From the IMG/VR virus record IMGVR_UViG_3300025015_000015: DNA of 52,187 nucleotides. The stretch is one strand, 5' to 3'. The translations under genes were made by a program, and so were the position numbers. This stretch comes from a virus. Taxonomy: Duplodnaviria; Heunggongvirae; Uroviricota; Caudoviricetes. Below the pieces are notes generated by a model that worked only from the letters and a program-made list of their open reading frames with translations, had not been told where the DNA came from and searched no databases. Positions 27,103-37,186 of this stretch are shown one piece after another (position 1 is the first letter of the stretch; each line of letters starts with the position of its first letter).

Positions 27103-28146
27103 ATGCAATTTTATAGACCTGGTGATTCATACTATGGGGAGTTTACTACAGCAAGATTTGACACTGGTGCTGCTGCTAATGCTACCGGTGATCCTATAGC
27201 AACTGCAACTAAGAATGGAGTTGATGATGATGCTTTTGTTTTAACTGTTGTTAATATTGATACAGGTAGATATAAGATTACTGGAACTGTTCCTGCTGGA
27301 TATGTAGCTGGTGATAGAATACAGGTATCAGTTTCTGCAACGGTAAATGCAGTTGCCGGAAAAGGTGTTGTTGATGCCTTCCAAGTAGCATCTGCAGCGT
27401 CAGGGATACCAATTTTGCACACTGATAGTAAGGTTTTGCTCGGTGGCACTACACATACAGCAGCAGTAATTCCAACTGTTACTGATGTTTCTACTAAGAC
27501 AGGATATACATTAATCGGTGATTACGATGCTGCTAAAACTGCTGCACAAGCTGGAACGGCACTTAGTAATATCGTGTGGACAAATGCAAGAGCAGCACTT
27601 ATTGATTGGTTAAATATTAGTGGACTTGTTGCGTCAAAGGCGGATATTGAGTCTATTACTCAGTCTATGCGGGTTAGAATCATTCTTCCATCTCCAATGA
27701 CTAGAATGCAAGCTTCAAGTATTGCGTATAGAATTTGGGTTTATGCTTATAATGAACTACATCAAGCTGAAGATCTTGATGCTAATCCTGTTATTACCGT
27801 TGAGAATAATTCTGGTGTGGATCGTAGTGTTAACCTAAGTGTTGTTACTAAACCGGTTGGAACTATCGGTCAATATTATGCAGATTATACTGTAGCTGTA
27901 GCACATGGTCTTGAAGGATTAGTTTTTAAAGTTGAAGCTATTGAAGGTGCGGTTACTACTAATTATGCAGCAAGTACAATTGTGGTTGAAGAAGGAGCAG
28001 GATCCGAACTTGAAGAAAATGTAACTGATATTAAAACCGTTACTGATGCTATTGATGCTAAACTTCCAACTTCTCCATATCTTGCTGGGTCTGATGATCC
28101 TGAAGGTACTACTGGATCAGTTGGTGGAATATTTATTGGTGGTTAA
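27103..28146 (+). CDS. Multi-domain Ig-like virion protein
   Basis: ATG 27103 after gaggag; A/T/V/G-rich beta domains. Confidence 0.6.
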   Translation: MQFYRPGDSYYGEFTTARFDTGAAANATGDPIATATKNGVDDDAFVLTVVNIDTGRYKITGTVPAGYVAGDRIQVSVSATVNAVAGKGVVDAFQVASAASGIPILHTDSKVLLGGTTHTAAVIPTVTDVSTKTGYTLIGDYDAAKTAAQAGTALSNIVWTNARAALIDWLNISGLVASKADIESITQSMRVRIILPSPMTRMQASSIAYRIWVYAYNELHQAEDLDANPVITVENNSGVDRSVNLSVVTKPVGTIGQYYADYTVAVAHGLEGLVFKVEAIEGAVTTNYAASTIVVEEGAGSELEENVTDIKTVTDAIDAKLPTSPYLAGSDDPEGTTGSVGGIFIGG

Positions 28147-28161
28147 TTATTAGAGGATAAT

Positions 28162-28485
28162 ATGACTGCAATTGATAGAATATTGTTTGATTCCGGTGGT
28201 CACACTAGTAAGGTATATTATGTAAGACATATAGAGGCTGATACTGATGAAATATTTAATTCTGTTACTGGCGTATTGTCTTTAACTACTACATGGGATG
28301 ATAGTGTAACTGAATTAACAGAAAATGATGAAACTGGACAATATCCAATTCCCATTCCGGATTTACTTCCTGCAGGTCATTTATATGTTGTTGCTGTATA
28401 TGAAAGGCTTGGATCAAATCCTTCAAATGCAGATAATGTTTTACAAACATATAATGTTCAACGTGGTAGTATTTTTGGTTTTTAA
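28162..28485 (+). CDS. Small Ig-like putative virion protein
   Basis: ELTENDETGQY motif like the neighbouring genes; SD gagga. Confidence 0.5.
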   Translation: MTAIDRILFDSGGHTSKVYYVRHIEADTDEIFNSVTGVLSLTTTWDDSVTELTENDETGQYPIPIPDLLPAGHLYVVAVYERLGSNPSNADNVLQTYNVQRGSIFGF

Positions 28486-28502
28486 TTTGATTTATATAAG
28501 GA

Positions 28503-30797
28503 GTGATGGTTATGAGTCGTGATCTTTTTAGTTATTTGGTTGATCGGAAGAAGAAACTTGTTGAGTCTACTACTATGAGTTCTATTGGTAATGGAACTTG
28601 GCGTAATCTTGGTTGGACTGTTGGTCCTAGTGGTCATCCTCTTCTTGATAACATGTTCTTAAAGGATATTAAGCAGAACCGTATTCTTCCTTTGAAGGAA
28701 GCTAATGAATCCAGTATTACTGCTATAAATGGAAAGTATATTAAACTTTCCGATTTGGTTGAGTCTAAAGATTATGAACTTGTGGATGAAGATAAGAAAA
28801 CTATACATATTAATAAGAATAAAAAAGTTGAAATAAGTGAAAAGAAGGAAGAAACTAATGAGGCTGAAAAGAGATGGAATAGAAAAACATCCATAATTCC
28901 ATATAATAAAATGGCTATGAAAATGTTTAAGAAGAAATTTATGGATCTTAATGATAAACAAGAAGAAGAGGTAATGAGGGCTGTGAGAAAAGAAAATGCA
29001 GAGGAATTGGAAAAGAGTTTTCCATCCGATACTAATGAATCTGTAGATGAAGCTAAGAAGGATCCTAAGGCTGGTGTTAGAAATCGTGGTAAGTGTGTAT
29101 TTCCTTCCGACAGCCCAAAAGTAAAGGATGATAAGGACCATTTTCCTATTGGTGATATAGGTCATGCTCGTAATGCCCTTTCTAGATCTGCTCAATACAG
29201 TTCTGCTCCGTCTTGGTATAAAGGTTCTTTGTCTTCTTTAAAGAATGCTGTTAAAAAGGCTGTTAAGAAGGCTTTTCCAAAAATTGAAGTTACAGAGTCA
29301 ACATGGCTTAAGGAAAATAAGATTAGTTTTGAGTTAGAACTTGAAGAGGGTATAGCTCCTGATTTCAATAAGGATGTTGTTATTTCTAAGGGAAAGGATT
29401 CTAAAACATGGAAATTTAATGATTTAATGAAATATTTTGCTGCTGCTGATTATAAGAAATTTCCAGAATTAATCCCAGACTTAATGAAACATAAAGAGGA
29501 TAAAGTTGATGAAAATACCGTTACTATAAAGTATAAAGGTAATAAAGCATACTGGTCTCCAGACAATCTTACACAACATATATTTGGTTTTAATTATGAA
29601 GAAGTTCCGGAAATTGTTAATACTTTAGTTGGAATTGAAGATAAAGATGAACTTGAAGAGGGTATAGCTCCTGATTTCAATAAGGATGGTGAGGAAGCTC
29701 AAAGGAAGAAGTTGGTTGAAGAGGATGATGAAGAACTTAAATTAGATGATGAAGATGAGGAAGATCCTGCTGAAGAAGGTGGAGATGAAGAAGTTGGTGG
29801 TGACGCAGATGGCGAAATGTCTGCAGATGTTCCTGCTGGAGATAAGGATGTTGCTGCCTATCCTGGTATGGGTTCAGATTTAGATGGTGGAGAGGAAGAA
29901 GCTGAAGGTGAGGCTAAAGAAGAAGTTCCACAAATAACTAAGAAGATGTTATTCGGTGTAAATAATGATGGTGATATTAGTTATTCAATTGAACCTGTTT
30001 TCAAGGGGGAAAATGTTTTAGAGGATGTTGTAATTAAAGATCAAGAGGATAAACAAGTTTGGTCTGCTAAAGAATCTGATGATCTAGACATAACTAATTC
30101 TACTCAAGTAATTCTTCGTGCCATTCGAGATTTGGATGTTATGATTGAGAAGGATTTGTTTATGACTTATCTTTATGAACCTCTTGTTCATGAGGCCGAG
30201 GAAACTCCAGAAGAGGAAGCTGCTGAGGAAAAGGATGAAGAAGGAGAAGAGACAAAAGAGTCTGTGGCTGCTGCTTATAAAGAGGCAAAGGAAGCTATTG
30301 CTGAATTTAATGCTGCTAAAGCTGAAAAGGTTGATGAAAAAGTTAGTAAATCTGTAAGGGCTAAAGAGAAGAAGAAGGATAAATTAAAGAAAAAGGCTCA
30401 GAAGGATATTGATAAATACAATAAGGCTAAGGATAAATATAAGGCTGCTAAAGCCAAGGAGGATGAGAAAGAAGCAGCTAAGGCTGAAAAGAAAGCTGCT
30501 AAAAAAGCACCAAAAGAGGATGAGGCCCTTAAACCCAAACAGGAAGAAAATGCTTCTGAGTCAATAGAAGTTGAACACAAAGGAAATAAATTTGTTGTGT
30601 CAGTTAAGGAAAATGGACCAGCAAATATGAAAATGATTTGTATTAATGGTATTGAATTTGGTTTTTCAAATGAATTTATTACTGATGTTTGTGGTGTAAA
30701 GGAAGCCAAATTTGATATGAATAATTTAAAAGTGTTTACAAAAAAGGTTCTTAATTTGATGGATAGTGATGAATATAAGAAATTAATTAAAGGTTAA
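28503..30797 (+). CDS. Large acidic head core/internal protein
   Basis: Upstream of the protease gene; many (L/V)xE sites; FPIGDIGHARNAL domain; D/E tracts and a K/A-rich tail. Confidence 0.6.
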   Translation: MMVMSRDLFSYLVDRKKKLVESTTMSSIGNGTWRNLGWTVGPSGHPLLDNMFLKDIKQNRILPLKEANESSITAINGKYIKLSDLVESKDYELVDEDKKTIHINKNKKVEISEKKEETNEAEKRWNRKTSIIPYNKMAMKMFKKKFMDLNDKQEEEVMRAVRKENAEELEKSFPSDTNESVDEAKKDPKAGVRNRGKCVFPSDSPKVKDDKDHFPIGDIGHARNALSRSAQYSSAPSWYKGSLSSLKNAVKKAVKKAFPKIEVTESTWLKENKISFELELEEGIAPDFNKDVVISKGKDSKTWKFNDLMKYFAAADYKKFPELIPDLMKHKEDKVDENTVTIKYKGNKAYWSPDNLTQHIFGFNYEEVPEIVNTLVGIEDKDELEEGIAPDFNKDGEEAQRKKLVEEDDEELKLDDEDEEDPAEEGGDEEVGGDADGEMSADVPAGDKDVAAYPGMGSDLDGGEEEAEGEAKEEVPQITKKMLFGVNNDGDISYSIEPVFKGENVLEDVVIKDQEDKQVWSAKESDDLDITNSTQVILRAIRDLDVMIEKDLFMTYLYEPLVHEAEETPEEEAAEEKDEEGEETKESVAAAYKEAKEAIAEFNAAKAEKVDEKVSKSVRAKEKKKDKLKKKAQKDIDKYNKAKDKYKAAKAKEDEKEAAKAEKKAAKKAPKEDEALKPKQEENASESIEVEHKGNKFVVSVKENGPANMKMICINGIEFGFSNEFITDVCGVKEAKFDMNNLKVFTKKVLNLMDSDEYKKLIKG

Positions 30798-30857
30798 AGT
30801 TGAAAAGTAATGAACACAATTGAAACTGGTTGAGTAGCATTTTACTTATGGTGAAAT

Positions 30858-31979
30858 ATGAAGTTTGATGATATTTTAAAAAGAACATTAAATAAGGTAA
30901 ATGAATCGTATGATATTAGAACAGGAATTGGTTCTGATGTTAGAAATGTTGATTATGGTAAATATGTTGTTATTTTCAGTGATGGGGATCAAATAGAAGT
31001 TGAAGCAGATAGTAAGTTTGATGCAAAAAATAAAGCTTTAAAGCAAAATCCAGGAAAAACACCTACTAATGTCAAGAAAGTTGAAGAGGGTAAACTTTCA
31101 GATTTTAATAAAGATGATGAAAAAACTCAAGAAAAGAAGCTTCTTGAAGATGAAAGTGAATATAAAATAGTTTACATTGATTCTCAAGGGAATCAAAAGG
31201 AAAAGGTTTATGATGATTTAAATTCTGCACAACATGGATTTAATAGAATGGCTGAATTAAAGACTCCCGCCAAATTATATAAAGGTGATGAATTATTAAA
31301 GAGTTGTGAATATAATGCACCAACAGATAGATGTGTAGTTGTTGATGAGGCTAAAACAAATATGTACAAATATGAAATTGTGGTTACCTTTGATCTTAGT
31401 TGTGGGAAAAAATATACTTGGGATCAAATGAATAAAATTGTTAAAAAAACCATTAATTCTATTTCGTCATTTGTTGATTGTCCAACAATTACTGATTATA
31501 ATATGATGTGTATTGAACCTGGTGATAAAGATAAAGTTGTTGATGAAGCTACTCTTGATAGAAAATACGAAAGGATGATAAAGCGAGTAATTAAAGGTTG
31601 GATGGATAATTATGGAGAAGAGAAATTAATAAATAATGTTGAAGCTCTTGATATGTTATCAAATATAATGAGTGATGGGGGTTGGGGACATAAGATCAAA
31701 GATGAATTTTTTAATGGTCCTGATGAGTTTAGAGAAGAACTTGAAAATAGATTGCTTGCAAAATTGAGAGAGGAAAATCTTCTTGAAAATCCTGAGATGG
31801 TAACAAGAAAAGATGTGGAAGAAGCAATAGGTGATCCTGGTGAAATATTAGCTATTAAAAAGCAATTGGATGGAATGTTTGTTCTTCTTGATTATTATGG
31901 TCATAGATTTTGTGCATATAAAACTCCTGAAGAAGCTGAATTATGGGCTAAAGAAAATGGCTATAAAACTTCTAGATAA
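30858..31979 (+). CDS. Acidic putative head internal protein
   Basis: Leader MKFDDILKRTLNKVNES; VDEA sites; VEEGKLSDFNKD variant motif. Confidence 0.55.
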   Translation: MKFDDILKRTLNKVNESYDIRTGIGSDVRNVDYGKYVVIFSDGDQIEVEADSKFDAKNKALKQNPGKTPTNVKKVEEGKLSDFNKDDEKTQEKKLLEDESEYKIVYIDSQGNQKEKVYDDLNSAQHGFNRMAELKTPAKLYKGDELLKSCEYNAPTDRCVVVDEAKTNMYKYEIVVTFDLSCGKKYTWDQMNKIVKKTINSISSFVDCPTITDYNMMCIEPGDKDKVVDEATLDRKYERMIKRVIKGWMDNYGEEKLINNVEALDMLSNIMSDGGWGHKIKDEFFNGPDEFREELENRLLAKLREENLLENPEMVTRKDVEEAIGDPGEILAIKKQLDGMFVLLDYYGHRFCAYKTPEEAELWAKENGYKTSR

Positions 31980-32065
31980 TTTTAAATAGGACTAAACACA
32001 ATAATTATACATTTTTTTCTTTAGTAGAGGATTATAGATAATTAAATATATGATAGGTTTAAATT

Positions 32066-33667
32066 ATGAAAAAATCCAAAATACCGATTATTGAATCTAA
32101 TATAGAAAAACCAAATTTAATTGAGTCAGAAACTTTACCTCCTGGTGTATTGTGTCGTTGTGTTTTCCCGATTTGCAATGTTGATAAATTAAATGCAAAT
32201 AAGCGTAGATATAGTAAAAAGGTCTGGGAATGTGTGCTTTCCAAACCAGAAATTAAAGAGAAGCTTGAGAAGCGTAGTTTGTTTGGCCAGGGTGAGCATC
32301 CTGCCGGTACTCAGTCGGATCTTCAGTTAACTTCTCATGTTGTTACTGAATTTAAAATTGATGATAGTGATGGTCGTGTTTATCAGAAATTTGATGTTTT
32401 AAATACTCCTGCTGGTCGTGTTATTAATGAACTTCTTCGTGCTGGTTGTGGTGTTGGGGTTTCAACTCGTGCTGAAGGAGAATTAAAGGAAGCTGAAGAG
32501 GATGGACAGAAGATTTATGATGTTATTCCAGAAAGTTATGATTATATAACTACGGATTTCACGTCCAATCCTTCTACTGCTAATATGGCTGCTAAAAGCA
32601 TTGAAATGCTTCGTGGAAAAATTCAGACTGAAGCCAATAATGAAGCATTAAATGCTAATGAAAAGAAATTTGTTACTGCTATTTTGGAATCCATAACTAC
32701 TAATATTGAAACAGATGATGCTTCAATTTCTGTTGCGGATAATGGAAGTGTTTCTGTTACTAAAAAGAATGTCGTTCAAAATGCCGGTTCGGTTCAGGCT
32801 ATTGCTCCTGTTAATCCTCCTTCTGTTCCGGAAGTTCCTTCTACTGAAGAGGAAGTTGTTGAACCGGAAATTAAAGATGAAGAATTAGGAGAGGCAAAAG
32901 TAAATGAGGCAACTGATATCAATAAATTAAAAGAGCTTAAGAAGTATTGGGAAAATGCTAAATTAAAAGGTGTTGTTGATAAAACCCATGAAAAAGGAAT
33001 TAATGACACAATTGATTTATTAGATAAAGAGATAAATAAAGCTGAAACTAAAGAATCAGTTTCTAATTTACATAAGGAAATTGTTGAATTAAAAGTTAAA
33101 GAAGCTTCTACTCGTGCAGAACGTGATGTTGTTATTGAGGAATCACGGTTGGTTGTTGCATCTAATAGGGCATTAAAGGTTGAAGTTAATACTTATAGGA
33201 AGCTTGTTGGTGGTGGTAAGTCTATTGTTGAAGGTTTAAATTTAAAATTAAAAGCTCTCACTGACATGCTCAAAGGAGAGATTAATAAACATAAGAAGCT
33301 TTTGGAAGTTAAAGATAAGAGCATTACCGAACTTAATGAATCAAAGTCAACTGATATTAAGAGTGCTGAAGAGTTGGCTTATCATAAGTTTTTGAAAGAA
33401 TATGTTGATAGGAAAGTTAAAGATTCCGGTTTGAAATTGAATAATTCTTCTCTAGCACTTCTAGAGGAATGTGATTCAATTGCAGACGTTGATGAATCTT
33501 TTGATAGGATTGTTGATGCTATGCGTGTCCGTGCACTTCACGGCAATGGAGCTAAGACGATCGAAGTAATTGAGGAAACAAAATCAGTTAGTGAAAATGA
33601 ACGGAAAGAAGAAAATAGAAAGACCTATATTAAAGAGAGTGTTAAGTCTTTAGTAAAAGGTTTTTAA
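32066..33667 (+). CDS. gp21: Prohead protease (T4 gp21-like) fused to a coiled-coil scaffold region
   Basis: NANKRRY, GEHP, LNTPAG, GVSTRAEG, TDFTSNPS; long helical C-terminal half; directly upstream of the capsid gene. Confidence 0.85.
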   Translation: MKKSKIPIIESNIEKPNLIESETLPPGVLCRCVFPICNVDKLNANKRRYSKKVWECVLSKPEIKEKLEKRSLFGQGEHPAGTQSDLQLTSHVVTEFKIDDSDGRVYQKFDVLNTPAGRVINELLRAGCGVGVSTRAEGELKEAEEDGQKIYDVIPESYDYITTDFTSNPSTANMAAKSIEMLRGKIQTEANNEALNANEKKFVTAILESITTNIETDDASISVADNGSVSVTKKNVVQNAGSVQAIAPVNPPSVPEVPSTEEEVVEPEIKDEELGEAKVNEATDINKLKELKKYWENAKLKGVVDKTHEKGINDTIDLLDKEINKAETKESVSNLHKEIVELKVKEASTRAERDVVIEESRLVVASNRALKVEVNTYRKLVGGGKSIVEGLNLKLKALTDMLKGEINKHKKLLEVKDKSITELNESKSTDIKSAEELAYHKFLKEYVDRKVKDSGLKLNNSSLALLEECDSIADVDESFDRIVDAMRVRALHGNGAKTIEVIEETKSVSENERKEENRKTYIKESVKSLVKGF

Positions 33668-33683
33668 GTTAAGGAGAAATGTC

Positions 33684-35162
33684 ATGACTTATCAGGAAAT
33701 GGTTGCAAAGCGGATGCAGGCAATATTTGAGCATACTGATCAAATGGTTGCTGCTTGGAGTGATTTTATTGAGGCTGTAAATGAAGGTTTAAAGGAGAAG
33801 GAAAATAGAGAGCTTAATGAATTTGAGAAGCGTAATATTGCCATTTGTATGGAGAACGCTCTTATCCAGGGTGGGATGAGAAATAGAGCTAGATTGTTTG
33901 AGGAAACTACTGAGGATAACATCAGTTTCTTAGGAATTCAGCTTCCCGTGATTGCGGCGTTGCTTCCTTCGTTAGCCTTAAATGATGTTGCTTTGATTCA
34001 GGCTATAGATCGGCGTATTGCTGCTGTGTTCTATTTTGATGTTAAGGCCGGAACTACAAAGGGTTCAGTTACCGCTGGTGATTCTTTAATCCATTCCAAG
34101 ACTGGTCATAATACTACAGAAGGTGGTCGTAGATACGCTATGGCTATTTCTGCTGGTGAGACTATTGCTACTGGTGATGGTACTGTTACTGCAACTCTTG
34201 CGTATGCCCCTGGTATCATCCTTATGGATCAGATCGTGATCAAGGATTCTAATGGTAATACTATTGGTACATCAACTTCTTCTGGTGCTGTTACTGGAAC
34301 TGGTATTACTGGAACTGGTACTATTAGTGCTGATGGTACTTATACCATTACGTTTACTGGTTTAGGATCTGCAGATGCTCTGATTACTTATTACTATCAG
34401 TATGACCTTCCTGAGGATACTTATGGTAATAAGGATGGTGTACCTGAGGTTGATTTCTCAGTTTCACAGTCCACTGTTACTGCTGTTGACTTTCCAGTAA
34501 GGTCCAAATACAGTATCGGTGCTGCTTTGGATTTGATGAAGGCTCATGGTATGAATCTTGAGAACGAAGTTACCAAATATCTTGGTAACGAGGTTAAGTT
34601 CACCATTGATCAGGTTGGTCTTGATATGATTGATGAAGCTGCCGCAGGTACTGGTGCTGCTACTGCTATTACCAATTGGAATGCTAAGATTCAGTCCGGT
34701 CAAGAGTGGGTTTGGAAGAAACGAGAGTTTCTTGATAGGATGTATGAAGGTAATACCAACATTATCAAGAAGACGTTACGTGCAAACGCTACGTTTATTA
34801 TTGCTGGTCTTAACGTTGCTCGTGTCATTCAGCAGCTTGAGGGTAACTTCAAACCAACCGGTGATATGACCAAGAAACCTGTTTCCGGACCTGTTAAGAT
34901 TGGTACTCTTGATGGTAGGGACGTGATCCTTAATCCGTTTAAGAATGATGATTCCTATACTATGGGTTATCGTGGTGATAATTACTTGATGGCAGGATTT
35001 GTTGCTTGTCCGTACATTCCTTTGTTTACTACGCCTACTCTGGTGACTTCTGATCTTATGGCTCAGAAGGGCTTCTATAGTTCGTGTGGTTTCAAGGTTG
35101 TTAATGCCGGTATGTTCTGTACTGGAACGATTACTAATATCGGTACGATTGTTGGATCATAA
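33684..35162 (+). CDS. gp23: Major capsid protein, T4 gp23-like
   Basis: RSKYSIGAALDLMKAHGMNLENE..., GYRGDNYLMAGFVACPYIPL; G/T-rich insertion domain. Confidence 0.92.
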   Translation: MTYQEMVAKRMQAIFEHTDQMVAAWSDFIEAVNEGLKEKENRELNEFEKRNIAICMENALIQGGMRNRARLFEETTEDNISFLGIQLPVIAALLPSLALNDVALIQAIDRRIAAVFYFDVKAGTTKGSVTAGDSLIHSKTGHNTTEGGRRYAMAISAGETIATGDGTVTATLAYAPGIILMDQIVIKDSNGNTIGTSTSSGAVTGTGITGTGTISADGTYTITFTGLGSADALITYYYQYDLPEDTYGNKDGVPEVDFSVSQSTVTAVDFPVRSKYSIGAALDLMKAHGMNLENEVTKYLGNEVKFTIDQVGLDMIDEAAAGTGAATAITNWNAKIQSGQEWVWKKREFLDRMYEGNTNIIKKTLRANATFIIAGLNVARVIQQLEGNFKPTGDMTKKPVSGPVKIGTLDGRDVILNPFKNDDSYTMGYRGDNYLMAGFVACPYIPLFTTPTLVTSDLMAQKGFYSSCGFKVVNAGMFCTGTITNIGTIVGS

Positions 35163-35186
35163 ATAATTTGAGTTGTAAAATGTCCT

Positions 35187-35250
35187 TTAAGGGGACCTAG
35201 TGGTTAGGATGACCTGTTGGAAGGGATTCTCCAAAACTAGGTCCCCTTAA
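35187..35250 (+). other. Branched stem-loop after the capsid gene (terminator or structured RNA)
   Basis: 15-bp perfect stem ttaaggggacctagt/actaggtccccttaa enclosing two small hairpins. Confidence 0.7.
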
Positions 35251-35266
35251 TTTTATTTGGAATTAA

Positions 35267-35635
35267 ATGTCTATTTCTTCTTCACAATTTGATTCTTTAT
35301 TTAAACCTATTTCACAAGAAGAAATTCTTCAAAGAAGACTTTCTAATTGTGTTAGAAATTCTGATGGTACTTATTCTTCTGATGGTGATGTTGATTTAAC
35401 TAAATTACCGGTTAAATTTAAATATGTAAAAGGTAGTTTTTATTGTTATAATAATCAGTTAACTTCTTTAGAAGGTTCTCCACAAGAAGTTGGCGATAGT
35501 TTTTATTGTTCTCATAATCAGTTAACTTCTTTAGAAGGAGCACCACAAGAAGTTGGTGGTGATTTTTACTGTTCTTATAATTCTGTTCCATGTGAAAAAT
35601 TAATGAAAACTGTTAAAAGAAGTTATTTAAAATAA
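35267..35635 (+). CDS. LRR-like 21-aa repeat protein, copy 1 (2 LTSLEG repeats)
   Basis: Conserved N-cap MSISSSQFDSLFKP and C-cap VPCEKLMKTVKRSYLK; 5-aa deletion in the N-cap. Confidence 0.85.
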   Translation: MSISSSQFDSLFKPISQEEILQRRLSNCVRNSDGTYSSDGDVDLTKLPVKFKYVKGSFYCYNNQLTSLEGSPQEVGDSFYCSHNQLTSLEGAPQEVGGDFYCSYNSVPCEKLMKTVKRSYLK

Positions 35636-35645
35636 AGGAAATTAA

Positions 35646-36359
35646 ATGTCACGAACTTTTGTATTAAATGGTGAAGAAGTTACAAACCTTGAATGGATTA
35701 AAACCGAATTCCAGCCTTTAACTTTAGCTACACCTGATGATACTTTGAATCAGATGTGTGAAAATGCTATTAGGTATTGGAATACAAATTCTGCTTATAA
35801 GGTATCAACATTAGTAGATTATACTTCAGGTTTAAAAAGGATTCAAATTCCTGTTGAAATTAAGAGTGTTTGTGCCGTTTATCCAACTAAGGTTCAGTCG
35901 TATGTTTGGAATGATCATCCTCTTTGGACTTTAACTGGAATTGCAATTATTGATAGTGTAACTACAGATTTAATTCTTACATCTGAAGCATTTAAGACGT
36001 TTAGACTTTATGTCGGTTCCAATTTTGATTGGACTTTTGATAGATCAAAAGACTCATCCGTTGGTGGTTATCTTTATGTTATGAATCTTCCTTCTACCTC
36101 ACAAGGAGTTATTGTGGTAGGGACAAAGAGAATTCTACCCGATGAAGTAATTCGTTGTGATCATATAAGTGATTGGATTCTAAGATATTATAAAGCACTT
36201 ACAAAGCAGGTTGAAGGGAATACTCTTCGGAAGGTTGGTATAATTAATGTTCCTAATGATGGTGGTGACCTATTTACCGAGGGCATGAATGAACAAAAAG
36301 AACTTAAAGAAGAATTAGCTAAAAATGGCAGGTGGTCTTGTTTTATTGCAAGGAAGTAA
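35646..36359 (+). CDS. Neck/head-completion protein, gp13-like
   Basis: Follows the capsid gene; AIRYW, WILRYYKALTKQVEGNTLRK...P..GG.L..EG..E..EL.EEL pattern. Confidence 0.7.
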   Translation: MSRTFVLNGEEVTNLEWIKTEFQPLTLATPDDTLNQMCENAIRYWNTNSAYKVSTLVDYTSGLKRIQIPVEIKSVCAVYPTKVQSYVWNDHPLWTLTGIAIIDSVTTDLILTSEAFKTFRLYVGSNFDWTFDRSKDSSVGGYLYVMNLPSTSQGVIVVGTKRILPDEVIRCDHISDWILRYYKALTKQVEGNTLRKVGIINVPNDGGDLFTEGMNEQKELKEELAKNGRWSCFIARK

Positions 36360-36592
36360 TGATGTTTAGTTTTTTTTATTTGAAAGGATATTAAAATTAG
36401 TTGAAGCTATTGTGCTTCCTCCACCACCACAGAAATTGATTAAATTCTGATGTTATTGATGAAATTAAAGATAGAAAAGATGTTAAAACAGTTAAGTCAA
36501 TGATATATTCAGTTGGTGGTGATTTTTGTTATAATAATCAAGTTTCTATTAATAAACTGAAGAAGACAGTTAGAAGAAGTTATTTAAAATAA
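36359..36592 (+). pseudogene. Chimeric remnant: frameshifted leader + copy of 39342 C-terminus + diverged LRR C-cap
   Basis: About 36450-36520 matches about 40066-40136; ends GGDFCYNNQ...KTVRRSYLK*; T8 run and a stop break the 5' part. Confidence 0.7.
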
Positions 36593-36602
36593 AAGGAATT
36601 AA

Positions 36603-37175
36603 ATGTCTATTTCTTCTTCACAATTTGATTCTTTATTTAAACCTATTTCACAAGAAGAAGTTCTTCAAAGAAGACTTTCTAATTGTATTAAGAATTCTGA
36701 TGGTACTTATTCTTCTGATGGTGATGTTAATTTAAGTAATTTAGGTTTAACTAAATTACCGGTTAAATTTAAATATGTAAAAGGTAATTTTTACTGTTCT
36801 CATAATAAATTGACTTCTTTAGAAGGTGCTCCACAAGAAGTTGGTGGTGGTTTTGTTTGTTCTTATAATCAGTTAACTTCTTTAGAAGGAGCACCACAAA
36901 AAGTTGGTGGTAGTTTTTATTGTTATAATAATAAGTTAACTTCTTTAGAAGGTGCTCCACAAGAAGTTGGTGGTGATTTTAATTGTTCTGATAATAAATT
37001 GACTTCTTTAGAAGGATCTCCACAAGAAGTTGGTGGTGATTTTTATTGTTCTTATAATAAGTTAACTTCCTTAGAAGGTGTTCCTCAAAAAGTTGGCGGT
37101 GATTTTTACTGTTCTGGTAATCCTGTTCCATGTGAAAAATTAATGAAAACTGTTAAAAGAAGTTATTTAAAATAA
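36603..37175 (+). CDS. LRR-like repeat protein, copy 2 (5 repeats)
   Basis: Same caps; 63-bp periodicity. Confidence 0.88.
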   Translation: MSISSSQFDSLFKPISQEEVLQRRLSNCIKNSDGTYSSDGDVNLSNLGLTKLPVKFKYVKGNFYCSHNKLTSLEGAPQEVGGGFVCSYNQLTSLEGAPQKVGGSFYCYNNKLTSLEGAPQEVGGDFNCSDNKLTSLEGSPQEVGGDFYCSYNKLTSLEGVPQKVGGDFYCSGNPVPCEKLMKTVKRSYLK

Positions 37176-37186
37176 AGGAATATATC

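Noticed and set aside
35187-35250. Post-capsid structure as a tRNA
   Set aside because: The TAGTGGTTAGGA stretch looks like a D-loop, but there is no T-loop or cloverleaf.
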